Positions 49,073 to 61,366 of a DNA stretch of 64,000 nucleotides are shown here, piece by piece. The number at the start of each line of letters is the position of its first letter. The first letter of the stretch is position 1. Position numbers and translations under genes: made by a program. Origin of the DNA: Candidatus Tayloriibacteriota bacterium (GTDB lineage: Bacteria; Patescibacteriota; Minisyncoccia; Phycocordibacterales; PALSA-1337); assembly GCA_031384385.1 (NCBI GenBank), contig JANNAN010000017.1, forward strand, positions 3,020 to 67,019, read 5' to 3'. Under the pieces are notes generated by a model, which searched no databases, was not told the DNA's origin, and saw only the letters and a program-made list of their open reading frames with translations.

Positions 49073-49687
49073 ATGAATAAAAATACATATATCATTGCAA
49101 GTGTGGCGATTTTAATTTTACTAGGTATTTATTTCATTTTTCCAGAAAAAAAGATGAATCAAAAATTATCAAATTTATCAACCTCAACTTCATTAACATC
49201 AATAAAATCTATGCATACAGTAACAATTGAAACAAATAAGGGTACTATAGTTTTTGAAACATATGATCAGGACGCACCAAAAACAGTAGAAAATTTTATT
49301 AAATTAGCCAATAATGGTTTTTATAATGGAATAATTTTTCATAGAGTAATTAATAGTTTTATGATACAGGGAGGTGATCCTACAGGAACTGGTAGAGGTG
49401 GACCTGGCTATACTTTTGATGATGAATTAAATTTGGAAACAGAATCATACAAAATAGGTTATAAGCGTGGAGTTGTGGCAATGGCTAATGCAGGTCCAAA
49501 TACGAATGGTAGTCAATTCTTTATTATGCACAAAGATACTCCATTACCACACAATTATACTATTTTTGGTCGGGTGATTTCTGGAATTGAAGTTGTGGAT
49601 TCTATAGAAAGCGTAAAGACTGATGCCTCTGATCGACCTATTGAGAAAATTATAATGAATAAAGTTACTATTGCAGATAAGAAATAG
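49073..49687 (+). CDS. Cyclophilin-type peptidyl-prolyl isomerase
   Basis: [13 protein letters not shown] and [16 protein letters not shown] motifs. Confidence 0.95.
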   Translation: MNKNTYIIASVAILILLGIYFIFPEKKMNQKLSNLSTSTSLTSIKSMHTVTIETNKGTIVFETYDQDAPKTVENFIKLANNGFYNGIIFHRVINSFMIQGGDPTGTGRGGPGYTFDDELNLETESYKIGYKRGVVAMANAGPNTNGSQFFIMHKDTPLPHNYTIFGRVISGIEVVDSIESVKTDASDRPIEKIIMNKVTIADKK

Positions 49688-49705
49688 AAGAGTATAATTA
49701 TTATT

Positions 49706-50020
49706 ATGAATAATAATTTACAGTTTATTTTAGTTTTGATATCTCTTATTATTGGCACATCTTCAGCTTTCTACTTCTATTTATCTACAGAGATTTTTAT
49801 TAATTTATTACAAAAGCCACTAAAACTAATCTCTTCTGGAATGATTATTATATCTTTCGGAGTTTTAATGGCTGTATTTATTTCATTCTATCAAAATCAG
49901 GGATATTCAATTTCATTTATGAGTATTCCTATTTCAGCATTCTTTTTCTTGATGTATATTGTAGGCTCTTTAATGATTTTAGCTGGCTCTAGACAATTTT
50001 CTAAAAAACCAATTAGATAA
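49706..50020 (+). CDS. Small membrane protein
   Basis: Three hydrophobic segments. Confidence 0.6.
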   Translation: MNNNLQFILVLISLIIGTSSAFYFYLSTEIFINLLQKPLKLISSGMIIISFGVLMAVFISFYQNQGYSISFMSIPISAFFFLMYIVGSLMILAGSRQFSKKPIR

Positions 50021-50032
50021 TTTTTCTTTAAA

Positions 50033-50881
50033 ATGCCAAAAGATCCATACAGTGCTATTTGGGTTTCTCATTCATCTATCGGTGATTTTTTGAAATGTCC
50101 CCGTGCTTATTATTTGCATAATGTTTATAAAGATCCAAATACTAAAAGAAAAATAAATATTGTAAATCCAGCACTTGCTTTGGGTATTGCTGTACATGAA
50201 GTTGTTGAGGGATTAGCCAATTTTAAAACAGAAGAGAGATTCGTTCATTCACTTTTAAATGATTTGAATAAGACTTGGAAAAAGGTAAGTGGTAAATGGG
50301 GAGGTTTTAATTCTATGGAAGAGGAATTAGAAGTTAAGACTAGAGCGGAAGCTATGATAAAAAGGGTTGAGAAAAATCCTGGATTATTAGCTATGAAAGC
50401 TGTAAAAATTAAAGAAAATGAAAGTGGAATGCCGCCACATTTTTATTTGTCAGAAGAAGAAAATATTATCCTTTGTGGAAAAATAGACTGGTTAGTCTGG
50501 AGACCAGAAGACGATAGTGTACATATTTTAGATTTTAAAACTGGTAAAAATGAGGAAAATAAAGATTCTCTTCAATTACCAATTTATCAATTACTTCTTA
50601 AAAATCTACAAAACAGAAAAGTTACGGGCGCTAGCTATTGGTATTTAGATAAAGATGATGCTCCAATAGAGGTTGATTTGCCAAATTTAGATGAATCATA
50701 CAGAAGGGTATTTGATATTGCTAAACAAATTAAAGATGCGCGTCAAAAAAAGGAATTCAAATGTCCAGAAGGTGAAGATGGATGTTTCTATTGCAGACCT
50801 TTTGAAAAAATTCTTAACGGAGAAGCGGAATATATTGGAAAAGGAGAGATGAATCAGGATCTTTATATGATAAGTAAATAG
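50033..50881 (+). CDS. PD-(D/E)XK nuclease family protein (RecB/AddB-like, Fe-S cysteines)
   Basis: CPR.Y, GKID, LDFKTG, QL.IY and C-terminal C..C motifs. Confidence 0.85.
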   Translation: MPKDPYSAIWVSHSSIGDFLKCPRAYYLHNVYKDPNTKRKINIVNPALALGIAVHEVVEGLANFKTEERFVHSLLNDLNKTWKKVSGKWGGFNSMEEELEVKTRAEAMIKRVEKNPGLLAMKAVKIKENESGMPPHFYLSEEENIILCGKIDWLVWRPEDDSVHILDFKTGKNEENKDSLQLPIYQLLLKNLQNRKVTGASYWYLDKDDAPIEVDLPNLDESYRRVFDIAKQIKDARQKKEFKCPEGEDGCFYCRPFEKILNGEAEYIGKGEMNQDLYMISK

Positions 50882-50900
50882 ACTTTGTATCTCTGTATAA

Positions 50901-52235
<1,335 letters not shown>

Positions 52236-52244
52236 CTATGACAT

Positions 52245-53012
52245 ATGGACAAAAAAGACACATCATGGGGAAAGGTAGCTGATTGGTACGATGAAATGCT
52301 TGAGAATAAAGACGGAACTTATCAAAAAGAAGTTATTTTGCCAAATCTTAAGCGTCTAATTAATCCTCAGAAAGGAGAATTGATACTTGATATCGCTTGT
52401 GGTCAAGGTTTTTTTTCTCGTGCTTTAGATGAAATTGGTGCAAAAGTTACCGGAGTAGATATTGCCAAAGAACTTATTGGACTTGCCAAGTTACATTCTC
52501 CCAAAACTATTCAATTTGAAGTTGCACCAGCAGATTCATTGATTTTTTCTAAAAATAATTCCTTCGACAAGGCTTTAATAGTTCTTGCATTACAAAATAT
52601 TGAAAATTTACATGGAACTATTCACGAAGCGTATAGATCTTTAAAATCTGGTGGTAGCTTTTTTATTGTATTGAATCATCCGGCATTTCGTATTCCCAAA
52701 AACTCTAGTTGGCAGTGGGATAATGAAAATCAGACACAATATCGTCGTATAGATTCTTATATGTCAGATATGAGAAATAGAATTGAAATGAATCCAGGAG
52801 CAATAAATATTCAGGATAAGAAATTTACAGTTTCATTTCATAGACCATTACAAGTATATTTTAAAGCTCTAGCAAAAGCGGGTTTTGTTGTTAGTCGCCT
52901 AGAAGAATGGGTTTCTCATAAAGAAAGTAAGGCAGGTCCAAGATCAAAAGAAGAGGATAGAATACGCAAAGAAATACCTATGTTCTTAATGCTTGAAGGA
53001 AAGAAAATATAA
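52245..53012 (+). CDS. Class I SAM-dependent methyltransferase
   Basis: LDIACGQG, HP.F and FHRPL motifs. Confidence 0.88.
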   Translation: MDKKDTSWGKVADWYDEMLENKDGTYQKEVILPNLKRLINPQKGELILDIACGQGFFSRALDEIGAKVTGVDIAKELIGLAKLHSPKTIQFEVAPADSLIFSKNNSFDKALIVLALQNIENLHGTIHEAYRSLKSGGSFFIVLNHPAFRIPKNSSWQWDNENQTQYRRIDSYMSDMRNRIEMNPGAINIQDKKFTVSFHRPLQVYFKALAKAGFVVSRLEEWVSHKESKAGPRSKEEDRIRKEIPMFLMLEGKKI

Positions 53013-53014
53013 TA

Positions 53015-54187
53015 TTAATTTGTGTCGTGAAGAGTTGCTATTGGGTAAAGTGTTATTAGCAAGATTGCTCCTATTATTAGAAATAAATAAGGAATATCTA
53101 CATATACAAGAGCAACTGTGGTTATCAATGGTGCAATAAAGAATGATAGCGGACGAGTTGTTCTGAATAAACTTAATATTTCTGGATCTTCATCTGATAT
53201 CTTTTTAAAGAAATAAGTTTCTATCATTATTTCTGCTGCGGCTGCTCCAATACGAGTTAGGAATAATAATGCTGACCACAATAGTACACTTTTAAATGTA
53301 AATAACATTAGAGAAGCGGTAGTTATACCGAGAATTATAAAGGCAATAGCCATTATTTCTTTCTCACCCCACTTTTTATCTGCCAACTTTCCAAGTGGAA
53401 TTTCTACAAGAATAAAAGGAACTAACATTATTGTAAAAATAATACTAATTTCAGTCCAATTAAAACCTATATTATTGTATAAATATATTGGCATATAAAC
53501 AGTCATCCATGCATAAAAAGTCTGAAGAACAATGTTTATTATAAAAATTCTAGTAGTACATTTACTTCTAAGAATTCGCATAGTCGTCTGTCTGGTGGAG
53601 ATTTTAGTGTATGTAGAATCTTCAAAATTTTTGAAATTTTTGTATACAAGATAAAGTAATGGAAAAAGTAAAACAAAAGCAATAACGAAAACATTTTTAT
53701 AATTATTTCCAGCTATAAGCATTCCTCCAAGTAGTGGTGAGAATACCCATGCCATATTTATAATTGTCATATAATGTCCTCGAATACTTCCTGTATTTTT
53801 TGAAGAACTACTTTTTTGTAAGAAAATATCAAGAGTAAGAGATATAAAACTAACAATACACATTTCAATTATGAAAAGAGCTGTAACAATATCAGGATTT
53901 GTTTGTGTGATTAGACCATAAAATGTAATTATTTGAATTAGAATTAATAAAATAGCTAATTTAAAATTTCCTATTTTTTTTAGAATACTATGTATCGATA
54001 GGAAGCCTATTATAGTTAAAGCTGAAATGATAAGATAAATAAAACTTACCATCTTTTCGTCTAAAAAAGTCCTAAGAAAACTAGAATTAAAGTAGTTTGG
54101 TATTGCTGAATGTAAGGCATAAAAAAAACCAATAACACCAAGTGAATAAAGTGCTACTGGTTTTTCTACACTGTGATGATGTTTCAT
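53015..54187 (-). CDS. MFS transporter
   Basis: About 12 TMs; GKLADK.WG motif A variant. Confidence 0.85.
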   Translation of the reverse strand: MKHHHSVEKPVALYSLGVIGFFYALHSAIPNYFNSSFLRTFLDEKMVSFIYLIISALTIIGFLSIHSILKKIGNFKLAILLILIQIITFYGLITQTNPDIVTALFIIEMCIVSFISLTLDIFLQKSSSSKNTGSIRGHYMTIINMAWVFSPLLGGMLIAGNNYKNVFVIAFVLLFPLLYLVYKNFKNFEDSTYTKISTRQTTMRILRSKCTTRIFIINIVLQTFYAWMTVYMPIYLYNNIGFNWTEISIIFTIMLVPFILVEIPLGKLADKKWGEKEIMAIAFIILGITTASLMLFTFKSVLLWSALLFLTRIGAAAAEIMIETYFFKKISDEDPEILSLFRTTRPLSFFIAPLITTVALVYVDIPYLFLIIGAILLITLYPIATLHDTN

Positions 54188-54211
54188 TACAGTATTATAA
54201 CATTAGAATAT

Positions 54212-56086
54212 TTAGATCGTTAATAGTACGGGGATAACTATGGGTCTTTTGGCTGTCTTTTGCATTAGAAATTTGCTTACATTATCAGATATATTGGCTT
54301 TAACATAATCAATATTTATTGGATTCTGACCTTTTGTCGATTCTTCAACTGTATTTTTGATTATGATACGAGCTTGATGTAGAAGTTCTTGTGATTCACG
54401 CAAATATACAAATCCTCTTGAAATAATGTCTGGAGATTTCTTTAATTTTCCTGTTTGAGCGTTTACTATTGCAAAGACAATGAATATTCCATCTTGTGCA
54501 AGCATTTGTCTGTCACGAATAACAACATCTTGAATATCTCCGACAGAGAATCCATCAACCATAACTATTCCTGATGGTGCTTTTTCTTTTAATTTAATTA
54601 TTTTCTCACCATTATTTTGAATTTCTATAATTGAACCATTATCTGGAATAATTATCTGATCATCGGTAAGACCATTTGTATCTCGTGCAATCTCACCGTG
54701 AACACGCAACATATAATGATATCCGTGAACTGGCATAAAGAATTTCGGATTGATTTTTTTATGAATCCAAGCAGTTTCATCTCTGTTGGCATGACCAGAT
54801 GAATGAACATCAGCAATACGGTAGTGAATAATATTTGCCCCTTGTCTTGAAAGATTGTCTTTTAATTTTTGAACAGCTCTTTCATTTCCTGGAACAATCG
54901 ATGATGAAAGTAGAATAGTGTCTCTTTTATTTATTTTGATGTATTTATGTGTCTTATTTGAAATTCTCATCATGGCTGCGAATTCATCTCCTTGAGCACC
55001 TGTTGCAAGGACAACAATTCTTTCTGGTGGAAAATCATTTATTTCTTCAACTGTTATGAGCGTGTCTTTCTTTGGTTTAAGAAGTCCAAGATGACGACAA
55101 ATTTCTATATTTGTTTTCATACTTCTTCCTTCAACTACAACTTTCTTACCATATTTTTCAGAGTAGTCTATTATTTTAAGCATTCTTTCTAAAAGAGAAG
55201 CGAATGTAGCAATGATAAGTCTTCCTTTTGCATTTTTTATGATTTCCTCGATATTTCTATGAACTGTTTTTTCTGGAATTGAAAATCCAGGATTCTCCAC
55301 ATTTGTAGAATCAGCCATAAGTAAAAGAACTTTCTCTTTTCCAAAAGCACGATCAAATTCTGATACTTCTTCATCAGTAGGGATTCCATTATCGTGATCA
55401 AGTTTTAAGTCACCCGTATGCACTATTGATCCATGAGGTGTTTGCACAATGATACCCATTGCATCTGGAATTGTATGAGTTACAGCAAAAAATTTAATTT
55501 TTAATGAACCAAGAGTAATTGTCTCATCTTTTTCAACAATTTTGATATCTAATGCTGGAAATTGTGGGAATTCTTCCTGACGCTTTTTTATCATCACAGA
55601 TGTAAGCATTCTTGTATAAAGTGGTGGATTACCAATACGGGGCATGACATAAGGAATACCTCCAATATGGTCTAAGTGACCATGAGTAATAATTACAGCC
55701 CGTACCCTGTCCTTTCTTTCCTCTAAATATTTCGTATTAGGAAGAATGTAATCAATTCCTGGTGTATTTTCATCTTTAAATTGAAAACCAATATCAATAA
55801 CAATAATGTCATTGCCGTATTCAATCATTGTCATATTTTTACCAATTTCCTCTACTCCTCCTAATGGAATTATTCTAATTGCATCAGGTGAAAGTACAGG
55901 TATAGTATCTTCAATTTTTTTATGTACCTGTGTGGCTTCTGGTGGTCTTGCTGGTCTCATTCCATGAGAACGCATCGCATGTCTTGGTTTAGGACTATGT
56001 GTATGTGGTCTACTGGCAACGATTCCTGAAGGTGTTTTATTTACTGAAACTTCTACTTCTTTCTCTGTTTGTTTTACTTCATTCAT
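54212..56086 (-). CDS. rnj: Ribonuclease J
   Basis: PLGGVEEIGKN, THGHLDHIGG, HSSGH and P.HG motifs. Confidence 0.95.
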   Translation of the reverse strand: MNEVKQTEKEVEVSVNKTPSGIVASRPHTHSPKPRHAMRSHGMRPARPPEATQVHKKIEDTIPVLSPDAIRIIPLGGVEEIGKNMTMIEYGNDIIVIDIGFQFKDENTPGIDYILPNTKYLEERKDRVRAVIITHGHLDHIGGIPYVMPRIGNPPLYTRMLTSVMIKKRQEEFPQFPALDIKIVEKDETITLGSLKIKFFAVTHTIPDAMGIIVQTPHGSIVHTGDLKLDHDNGIPTDEEVSEFDRAFGKEKVLLLMADSTNVENPGFSIPEKTVHRNIEEIIKNAKGRLIIATFASLLERMLKIIDYSEKYGKKVVVEGRSMKTNIEICRHLGLLKPKKDTLITVEEINDFPPERIVVLATGAQGDEFAAMMRISNKTHKYIKINKRDTILLSSSIVPGNERAVQKLKDNLSRQGANIIHYRIADVHSSGHANRDETAWIHKKINPKFFMPVHGYHYMLRVHGEIARDTNGLTDDQIIIPDNGSIIEIQNNGEKIIKLKEKAPSGIVMVDGFSVGDIQDVVIRDRQMLAQDGIFIVFAIVNAQTGKLKKSPDIISRGFVYLRESQELLHQARIIIKNTVEESTKGQNPINIDYVKANISDNVSKFLMQKTAKRPIVIPVLLTI

Positions 56087-56104
56087 ATTAATTAATTATT
56101 ATTT

Positions 56105-57850
56105 TTATTTTACAAATATTTTCCAAACATTATCTGTTGCTATATAAGATTTATTCATGCTGTACCATCTGTCTGAAGGATTGGTAATTGGTCCAAAATT
56201 CATACCTAGTAATTTATTTGGAACAATATATATATATTCTGGCGAATAAAGGAATATGGCTGGTACTTCTTCTTTTATTATCTTTTCAAAAGATAAATAT
56301 TTGCTCTCTTTTATTTTTTCATCTGAAGTTGATCTCGCTTCCTCTAAAAGTTTATCTGCTTTGCTATTTACATACATTGATATATTCAATCCCGGATAAT
56401 TTCTTTGTGATGAATGCCAGAATGCATATAAGTCTAAATCTTTTCCTATAAATTCACCGAAGAGCAGAGAATCATATTTTCTAGTTTTTATAATATTTTG
56501 TGAAAGATCACCATATTCAAATATTTTTATTGAAATTTGAGCACCTATACTTTCCCATTCTGACTTTACAATTTCTGCTGCTTGTTTTAAATCTGGTATA
56601 TCTGCGGTTGAAATTGAGAATGAAAGAATTTGACTTGATTTTTTATCTTTTTTCTCTAGAATACCATCTTTATTAATTAACCAACCCGCTTTTGCTAATA
56701 TCATTTTTGCAGATTCTTTATTTGATACCGACTCATTTTTTATTTTTTTATTAGAGATACTTACTGGAATTGGACTATCTATACTTAATCCATATCCATA
56801 AAGTATTTGATTTACTAATTTATCTTTATCAATTGCTAAATTTAAAGCTGTTCGTACTTCTTTATTGGCTAAAACTGGTGCATTATTTTGATTTAAGAAA
56901 ATACCAAATATTCTTGGAATTGGAGTATTTAAGACATTGATTTCATTGTTTGATATAGAAGAAATTTTCGATGTTTCTAGTGCAGAAATTCCAGCAATAC
57001 TTTCTATTGTACCTGAATTGTATGCTTCAATGGCCATTGATTCACTTTGATAAAAATTTAGAACTAAAGATGAAATATAAGCCTCACCATCATAAAATCT
57101 ATTAAATGAAGTCAAATTGTATGTTTGAGGAATACCACCACTATCTCTTTTTATACTGCCTATCTTATAAGGACCAGAACCTATTGGTTCAATATTGTAT
57201 TGACTAAAAATAAATTGATCGGCATCTACATTTTTCCAAATATGTTTTGGTAGTATTCCAATGGTTGTATTTGATAAAAACGGTGAATATGGCTGTTTAA
57301 GAATAAATTGAATTTGATTTGAACTTATTTTTTTTACAGTAACATTTGCCCAATCAGCACGGCGTGGACTTTTCAGAGCGCTGTCTTGGATTTTTTGTAT
57401 TGTAAATTCAATATCGTCTGCTGTAAGGGGAGTTTTATCATGAAAACGAATATCATTTTTTAAAGTGAAGGTATAATTTAATCCATCATCTGAAATTGTA
57501 TATTTTTCTGCAATATCTCCAATAATTTTGCCATTTTCATATTTCATTAGACCAGAATATATAAGCGTCGTAAGATCTTTATCCGCATCTGTAAAAGCTA
57601 GTACTGGATTTATTGAGCGTGGAAGTCCAATTATTCCTTCAATTAAAGAACCTCCATGTGCTGGGACCTCAATTAGGAATGACTTGTTGACTCTAAAGGC
57701 CATAGTTAAAGCACTTATAATTGCTATTATAATTAATATAGCAAATATAACTCTTTCCGTAGCAGAAAAATGTTTAATTAAATTTAGGATTTTTTCCCCA
57801 CCTTTAATTGTTAATTCTCTTTTAAATTTAGATGATTTTGAATCTTTCAC
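56105..57850 (-). CDS. ABC transporter peptide-binding protein (family 5)
   Basis: IS.DG..YTF.L...IRFHD..PLTADD..FT and PIGSGPY motifs. Confidence 0.88.
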   Translation of the reverse strand: MKDSKSSKFKRELTIKGGEKILNLIKHFSATERVIFAILIIIAIISALTMAFRVNKSFLIEVPAHGGSLIEGIIGLPRSINPVLAFTDADKDLTTLIYSGLMKYENGKIIGDIAEKYTISDDGLNYTFTLKNDIRFHDKTPLTADDIEFTIQKIQDSALKSPRRADWANVTVKKISSNQIQFILKQPYSPFLSNTTIGILPKHIWKNVDADQFIFSQYNIEPIGSGPYKIGSIKRDSGGIPQTYNLTSFNRFYDGEAYISSLVLNFYQSESMAIEAYNSGTIESIAGISALETSKISSISNNEINVLNTPIPRIFGIFLNQNNAPVLANKEVRTALNLAIDKDKLVNQILYGYGLSIDSPIPVSISNKKIKNESVSNKESAKMILAKAGWLINKDGILEKKDKKSSQILSFSISTADIPDLKQAAEIVKSEWESIGAQISIKIFEYGDLSQNIIKTRKYDSLLFGEFIGKDLDLYAFWHSSQRNYPGLNISMYVNSKADKLLEEARSTSDEKIKESKYLSFEKIIKEEVPAIFLYSPEYIYIVPNKLLGMNFGPITNPSDRWYSMNKSYIATDNVWKIFVK

Positions 57851-57883
57851 GATAGTATACGCCCGAAATATTTGATTTGGATA

Positions 57884-58114
57884 TTAGATAAGATTTATAA
57901 GTGCAGAAACAGCAAAAAGTATAGCTACTATTATAGTTATAATGAAGAGAGTCTTTTCAAATCCACGACGCGTATGAAATGCAGAGCTGAAATTGTCACT
58001 ACCACCAAAAGCTCCACCGATCTGAGCACCAGTTCGTTGAAGTAGTATTGCAGTTACAAGGATAACGGCAAGTACAATCTGTATGTACGGAAGTATGGAG
58101 GTAATAATCTTCAT
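57884..58114 (-). CDS. secG: Preprotein translocase subunit SecG
   Basis: ILLQ..G...GGAFGG, TRRG.EK, two TMs. Confidence 0.9.
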   Translation of the reverse strand: MKIITSILPYIQIVLAVILVTAILLQRTGAQIGGAFGGSDNFSSAFHTRRGFEKTLFIITIIVAILFAVSALINLI

Positions 58115-58172
58115 TGCTAGATAGTCTAGCATATTGATATAAGGAGTCAAGATATGCTACAATATTTCTACT

Positions 58173-58835
58173 ATGAAAAAAATTATCGCTTTATTTATTG
58201 TGGTATTAATAATAGGTCTAGTTATTTGGAAATTTAATTCAGGTATTTCAATTCCTGAAAGTGCTTATAAAGAGTCTACTACAACTATTTCCACAAGTCA
58301 GACAGTTAAAGTATCTGATAAATTATCAGAATATAAAAATGATGAACTTGGTTTTTCAGTAAAATATCCAACATCATGGGAGAGTTTAGAATCATCTTCA
58401 AATGTTGCATTCGTTATTTCAACAAATGAAACTACAGAAAAAAATACGATTGGTAAATTAGAAGCCAAGATTGATGTTATCTCTGCTACTTGTACATTTC
58501 CACCAGTTACTACTATAAAGGAAAGAAATACTATAAAAGTTGGAGATTTATCATTCAATATGATTTCAATGTCGAACACTGTTCAAGGACGAAATTATTT
58601 TAATAGAATGTATTCATTACAAAAAGATTCTATTTGTTATTATTTTACATTTAGCTCAATTACATCAAGTCCAACAAATAAAGGATATACAGGTGCTGAT
58701 GCACAAAAAGTTGGAGCTAGAAACTTAAGTCTTGTCGATATGGCGGATTCACAATTTAAAGATATGGTAAAGTCATTCACATTCGTTATTGGTCCAACTG
58801 GAAAAGATGAGACCACTGTCTCTCCTAATAAATAA
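58173..58835 (+). CDS. Secreted/membrane-anchored protein, PsbP-like fold possible
   Basis: Y.N..LGFSVKYP..W and F..MVKSF.F motifs. Confidence 0.6.
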   Translation: MKKIIALFIVVLIIGLVIWKFNSGISIPESAYKESTTTISTSQTVKVSDKLSEYKNDELGFSVKYPTSWESLESSSNVAFVISTNETTEKNTIGKLEAKIDVISATCTFPPVTTIKERNTIKVGDLSFNMISMSNTVQGRNYFNRMYSLQKDSICYYFTFSSITSSPTNKGYTGADAQKVGARNLSLVDMADSQFKDMVKSFTFVIGPTGKDETTVSPNK

Positions 58836-58845
58836 TTTAAAAAAT

Positions 58846-59400
58846 ATGAAAAAAATATTAATTATAATTGGAATAGTTGTTCTTTTAATAGTATTGTTTT
58901 GTTTTACTACTTACAATAGTCTTATAACATTAAATATTAATGCTGATGCTCAATGGAAACAGGTAGAAACAGATTATCAAAGACGCTTTGATCTTATTCC
59001 TAATCTTATAGAATCTGTTAAGGGAATAATGAAACAAGAGCAGTCTGTATTTACAGCAATTGCAGATGCTCGTACAAAATATTCTGGCGCTACAACAGTA
59101 GATGCAAAAGCTAAAGCAGCAGGACAAGTAGAAAGTGCATTAGGAAGACTTCTTGTAATTACAGAAAATTATCCACAATTAAAATCTTCAGATACTGTTC
59201 AAACTCTGATGTCTCAATTAGAAGGAACTGAAAATCGTATTAGTGTTCAAAGAATGAGATTCAATGATTCTGTTAAAGAATACAATTTGAAAGTAATGAG
59301 AATTCCAAGTTCAATTATTGCATCTATATTTGGTTTTGAACAAAAATCATATTTTGAAGCTGTTAAGGGTTCAGAAACAGTTCCACAAGTTAAATTCTAA
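58846..59400 (+). CDS. lemA: LemA family protein
   Basis: YN.L, QRR.DLIPNL, ENYPQLKS and LEGTENRI motifs. Confidence 0.93.
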   Translation: MKKILIIIGIVVLLIVLFCFTTYNSLITLNINADAQWKQVETDYQRRFDLIPNLIESVKGIMKQEQSVFTAIADARTKYSGATTVDAKAKAAGQVESALGRLLVITENYPQLKSSDTVQTLMSQLEGTENRISVQRMRFNDSVKEYNLKVMRIPSSIIASIFGFEQKSYFEAVKGSETVPQVKF

Positions 59401-59403
59401 TTT

Positions 59404-60246
59404 ATGAAGCGAGCTATTCTACTCGCAGTTAGCGCTTTCTTTTTAAGTACAATTTTTGTTTATGCATATACAAGTCCTGGCAAACCTCAGGGTTTTGTAA
59501 ACGATTTTGCAAAAATCCTAAATCCAGAGGCTAAAGGTGTATTAGAAGAAAAATTAAATAATTTTAATTCATCTTCCACTATTCAGATCGCTGTTGTTAC
59601 TGTTTCGGGTCTTGGAGATGAAACAATAGATACTTACTCGGTAAAACTCTTTGAGGATTGGAAAATTGGTGAAAAAGGGAAAGATAATGGAGTTTTATTT
59701 CTTATTGCACTAACAGAAAAGAAAGTAAGAATAGAAGTTGGGTATGGTCTTGAAAGTGTGCTTACGGATGCTCAGTCAAATGGAATAATTCAAAAAATAA
59801 TTCTGCCGGAATTTAGGGGTGGAAATATTCAGAAAGGAATTTTGAATGGTACTGATGCAATTATTTCAGTTGTGTCTGGTCAGGCAGATTATTATCAAAA
59901 AAATAATAATAAATCCTTTAAATTTAATTTTGAATTTGTACTGATACTTTTAGGTATAATAATAAGTATACTTGCAAGTACAAAATCTTGGTGGCTCGGA
60001 GGTGTATTCGGTGGTATTGCTGGAATAATTATTGGATTCGTTACCATTTCATTAATTACAGGAATTATTTCAACGATAGGTTTAATATTGCTCGGATTAT
60101 TGATTGATTTCTTGGTTTCAAAAAATACTGGAAAGGGAGGTGGAGGCTTTTGGGGTGGATTTGGAGGTGGTAGTTTCGGCGGTGGAGGCTTTGGTGGATT
60201 CGGAGGTGGTTCATCTGGAGGAGGAGGTTCAAGTGGAAGTTGGTAA
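59404..60246 (+). CDS. TPM domain protein
   Basis: VND.A.IL, DNGVLFL, RIEVGYGLE; Gly-rich tail ending in W. Confidence 0.92.
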   Translation: MKRAILLAVSAFFLSTIFVYAYTSPGKPQGFVNDFAKILNPEAKGVLEEKLNNFNSSSTIQIAVVTVSGLGDETIDTYSVKLFEDWKIGEKGKDNGVLFLIALTEKKVRIEVGYGLESVLTDAQSNGIIQKIILPEFRGGNIQKGILNGTDAIISVVSGQADYYQKNNNKSFKFNFEFVLILLGIIISILASTKSWWLGGVFGGIAGIIIGFVTISLITGIISTIGLILLGLLIDFLVSKNTGKGGGGFWGGFGGGSFGGGGFGGFGGGSSGGGGSSGSW

Positions 60247-60264
60247 TATGTTACAATATATTTT

Positions 60265-60756
60265 ATGACATATACAATAATATTAATTATTTCTTCTCTG
60301 TTGCTTATTCCAGGAATTATTATGGCTTTTATTCCCGGTATTCCAAATCTTGTATATATGTTCGCGATTGCGATATTTTTTGGATTATATGATAACTTTT
60401 TTAATATTACCCCAATGAATATTTTGACTTTAGCAATTATTTCAATGATTGCTATGTTGATTGATTTTATTTCAGGAATTATTGGCGCAAAATGGGGAGG
60501 TGCTCATTGGTCATCTATCGCTTCTGGTATCATTGGTCTTATTATCGGTTCAGTCTTTATTCCAGTTCCAATATTGGGAAGTCTAGTAGGAATGTTTCTC
60601 GGCGTATTTTCTTCAGAATATTATCGTACTCATAATTTAAAAAAGGCAGAGAAGGCTGCGTTAGGTAGTTTTTTAGGATTTATAGCTGGAACAGGAGTTC
60701 GTATTATTGCTTCTATAGTTTTCTTTGTTTTATTTATAGTTTTTGCTTGGAATTAA
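60265..60756 (+). CDS. DUF456-like membrane protein
   Basis: PGIP, GAK.GG and G...G.FLG...E patterns. Confidence 0.7.
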   Translation: MTYTIILIISSLLLIPGIIMAFIPGIPNLVYMFAIAIFFGLYDNFFNITPMNILTLAIISMIAMLIDFISGIIGAKWGGAHWSSIASGIIGLIIGSVFIPVPILGSLVGMFLGVFSSEYYRTHNLKKAEKAALGSFLGFIAGTGVRIIASIVFFVLFIVFAWN

Positions 60757-61212
60757 ATGCTAAAATCCCTCTTAAAATTCATAATTCTAATCATTATCTT
60801 CACTAGTTTAATTTTCTTGTTCTCAAAATCAAAAAATATCAATCAAAATCCTAAATATATTCTAAATATAGCAAATAAAGAGATAAATTTAATTATCGCA
60901 AACACAGAAGAATTAAAAACTAAAGGTTTGGGCGGTATAGAGTCTTTGTCTGAAAATACTGCCATGCTTTTTACTTTTGACAAAAAAGATTTTTATGGAA
61001 TTTGGATGAAGGATATGAAAATTTCATTAGATATTTTTTGGTTAGATGAAAATGGAAAAATAATTTCCCTTGAAGAAAATATTTCACCCAATACTTATCC
61101 AAAGATCTTCTATCCGGTGGGAAAAGGTTCATTTATACTTGAAACAAACGCTAATTTTGCCAAAAAGAATAATCTGCTAGTGGGAAAAGTTTTAGATTTA
61201 ACTCTAAAATAG
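60757..61212 (+). CDS. DUF192 domain protein
   Basis: GL......AMLF.F, WMKDM..SLDI.W and LE.NA motifs. Confidence 0.85.
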   Translation: MLKSLLKFIILIIIFTSLIFLFSKSKNINQNPKYILNIANKEINLIIANTEELKTKGLGGIESLSENTAMLFTFDKKDFYGIWMKDMKISLDIFWLDENGKIISLEENISPNTYPKIFYPVGKGSFILETNANFAKKNNLLVGKVLDLTLK

Positions 61213-61366
61213 CTTTATTTATCAGTCTGTATCAAGGGCTCGTTTTACATTGTTCTAAATTTATTTCTTATTGCTAAATTTTGTTGAAAAATATTTTTTT
61301 GATAAGAATTTTTAGTGTACAATGAGTATATTACAAAATTTTATTAAAATAATTTATTGAATTTAT

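Noticed and set aside
50033-50881. Cas4-like nuclease as part of a CRISPR system
   Set aside because: No array or other cas genes; it sits among housekeeping genes as a solo PD-(D/E)XK protein.
60130-60246. G-rich GGTGGA-type repeats (possible G-quadruplex)
   Set aside because: Explained by the Gly-rich tail that is normal for TPM-domain proteins.
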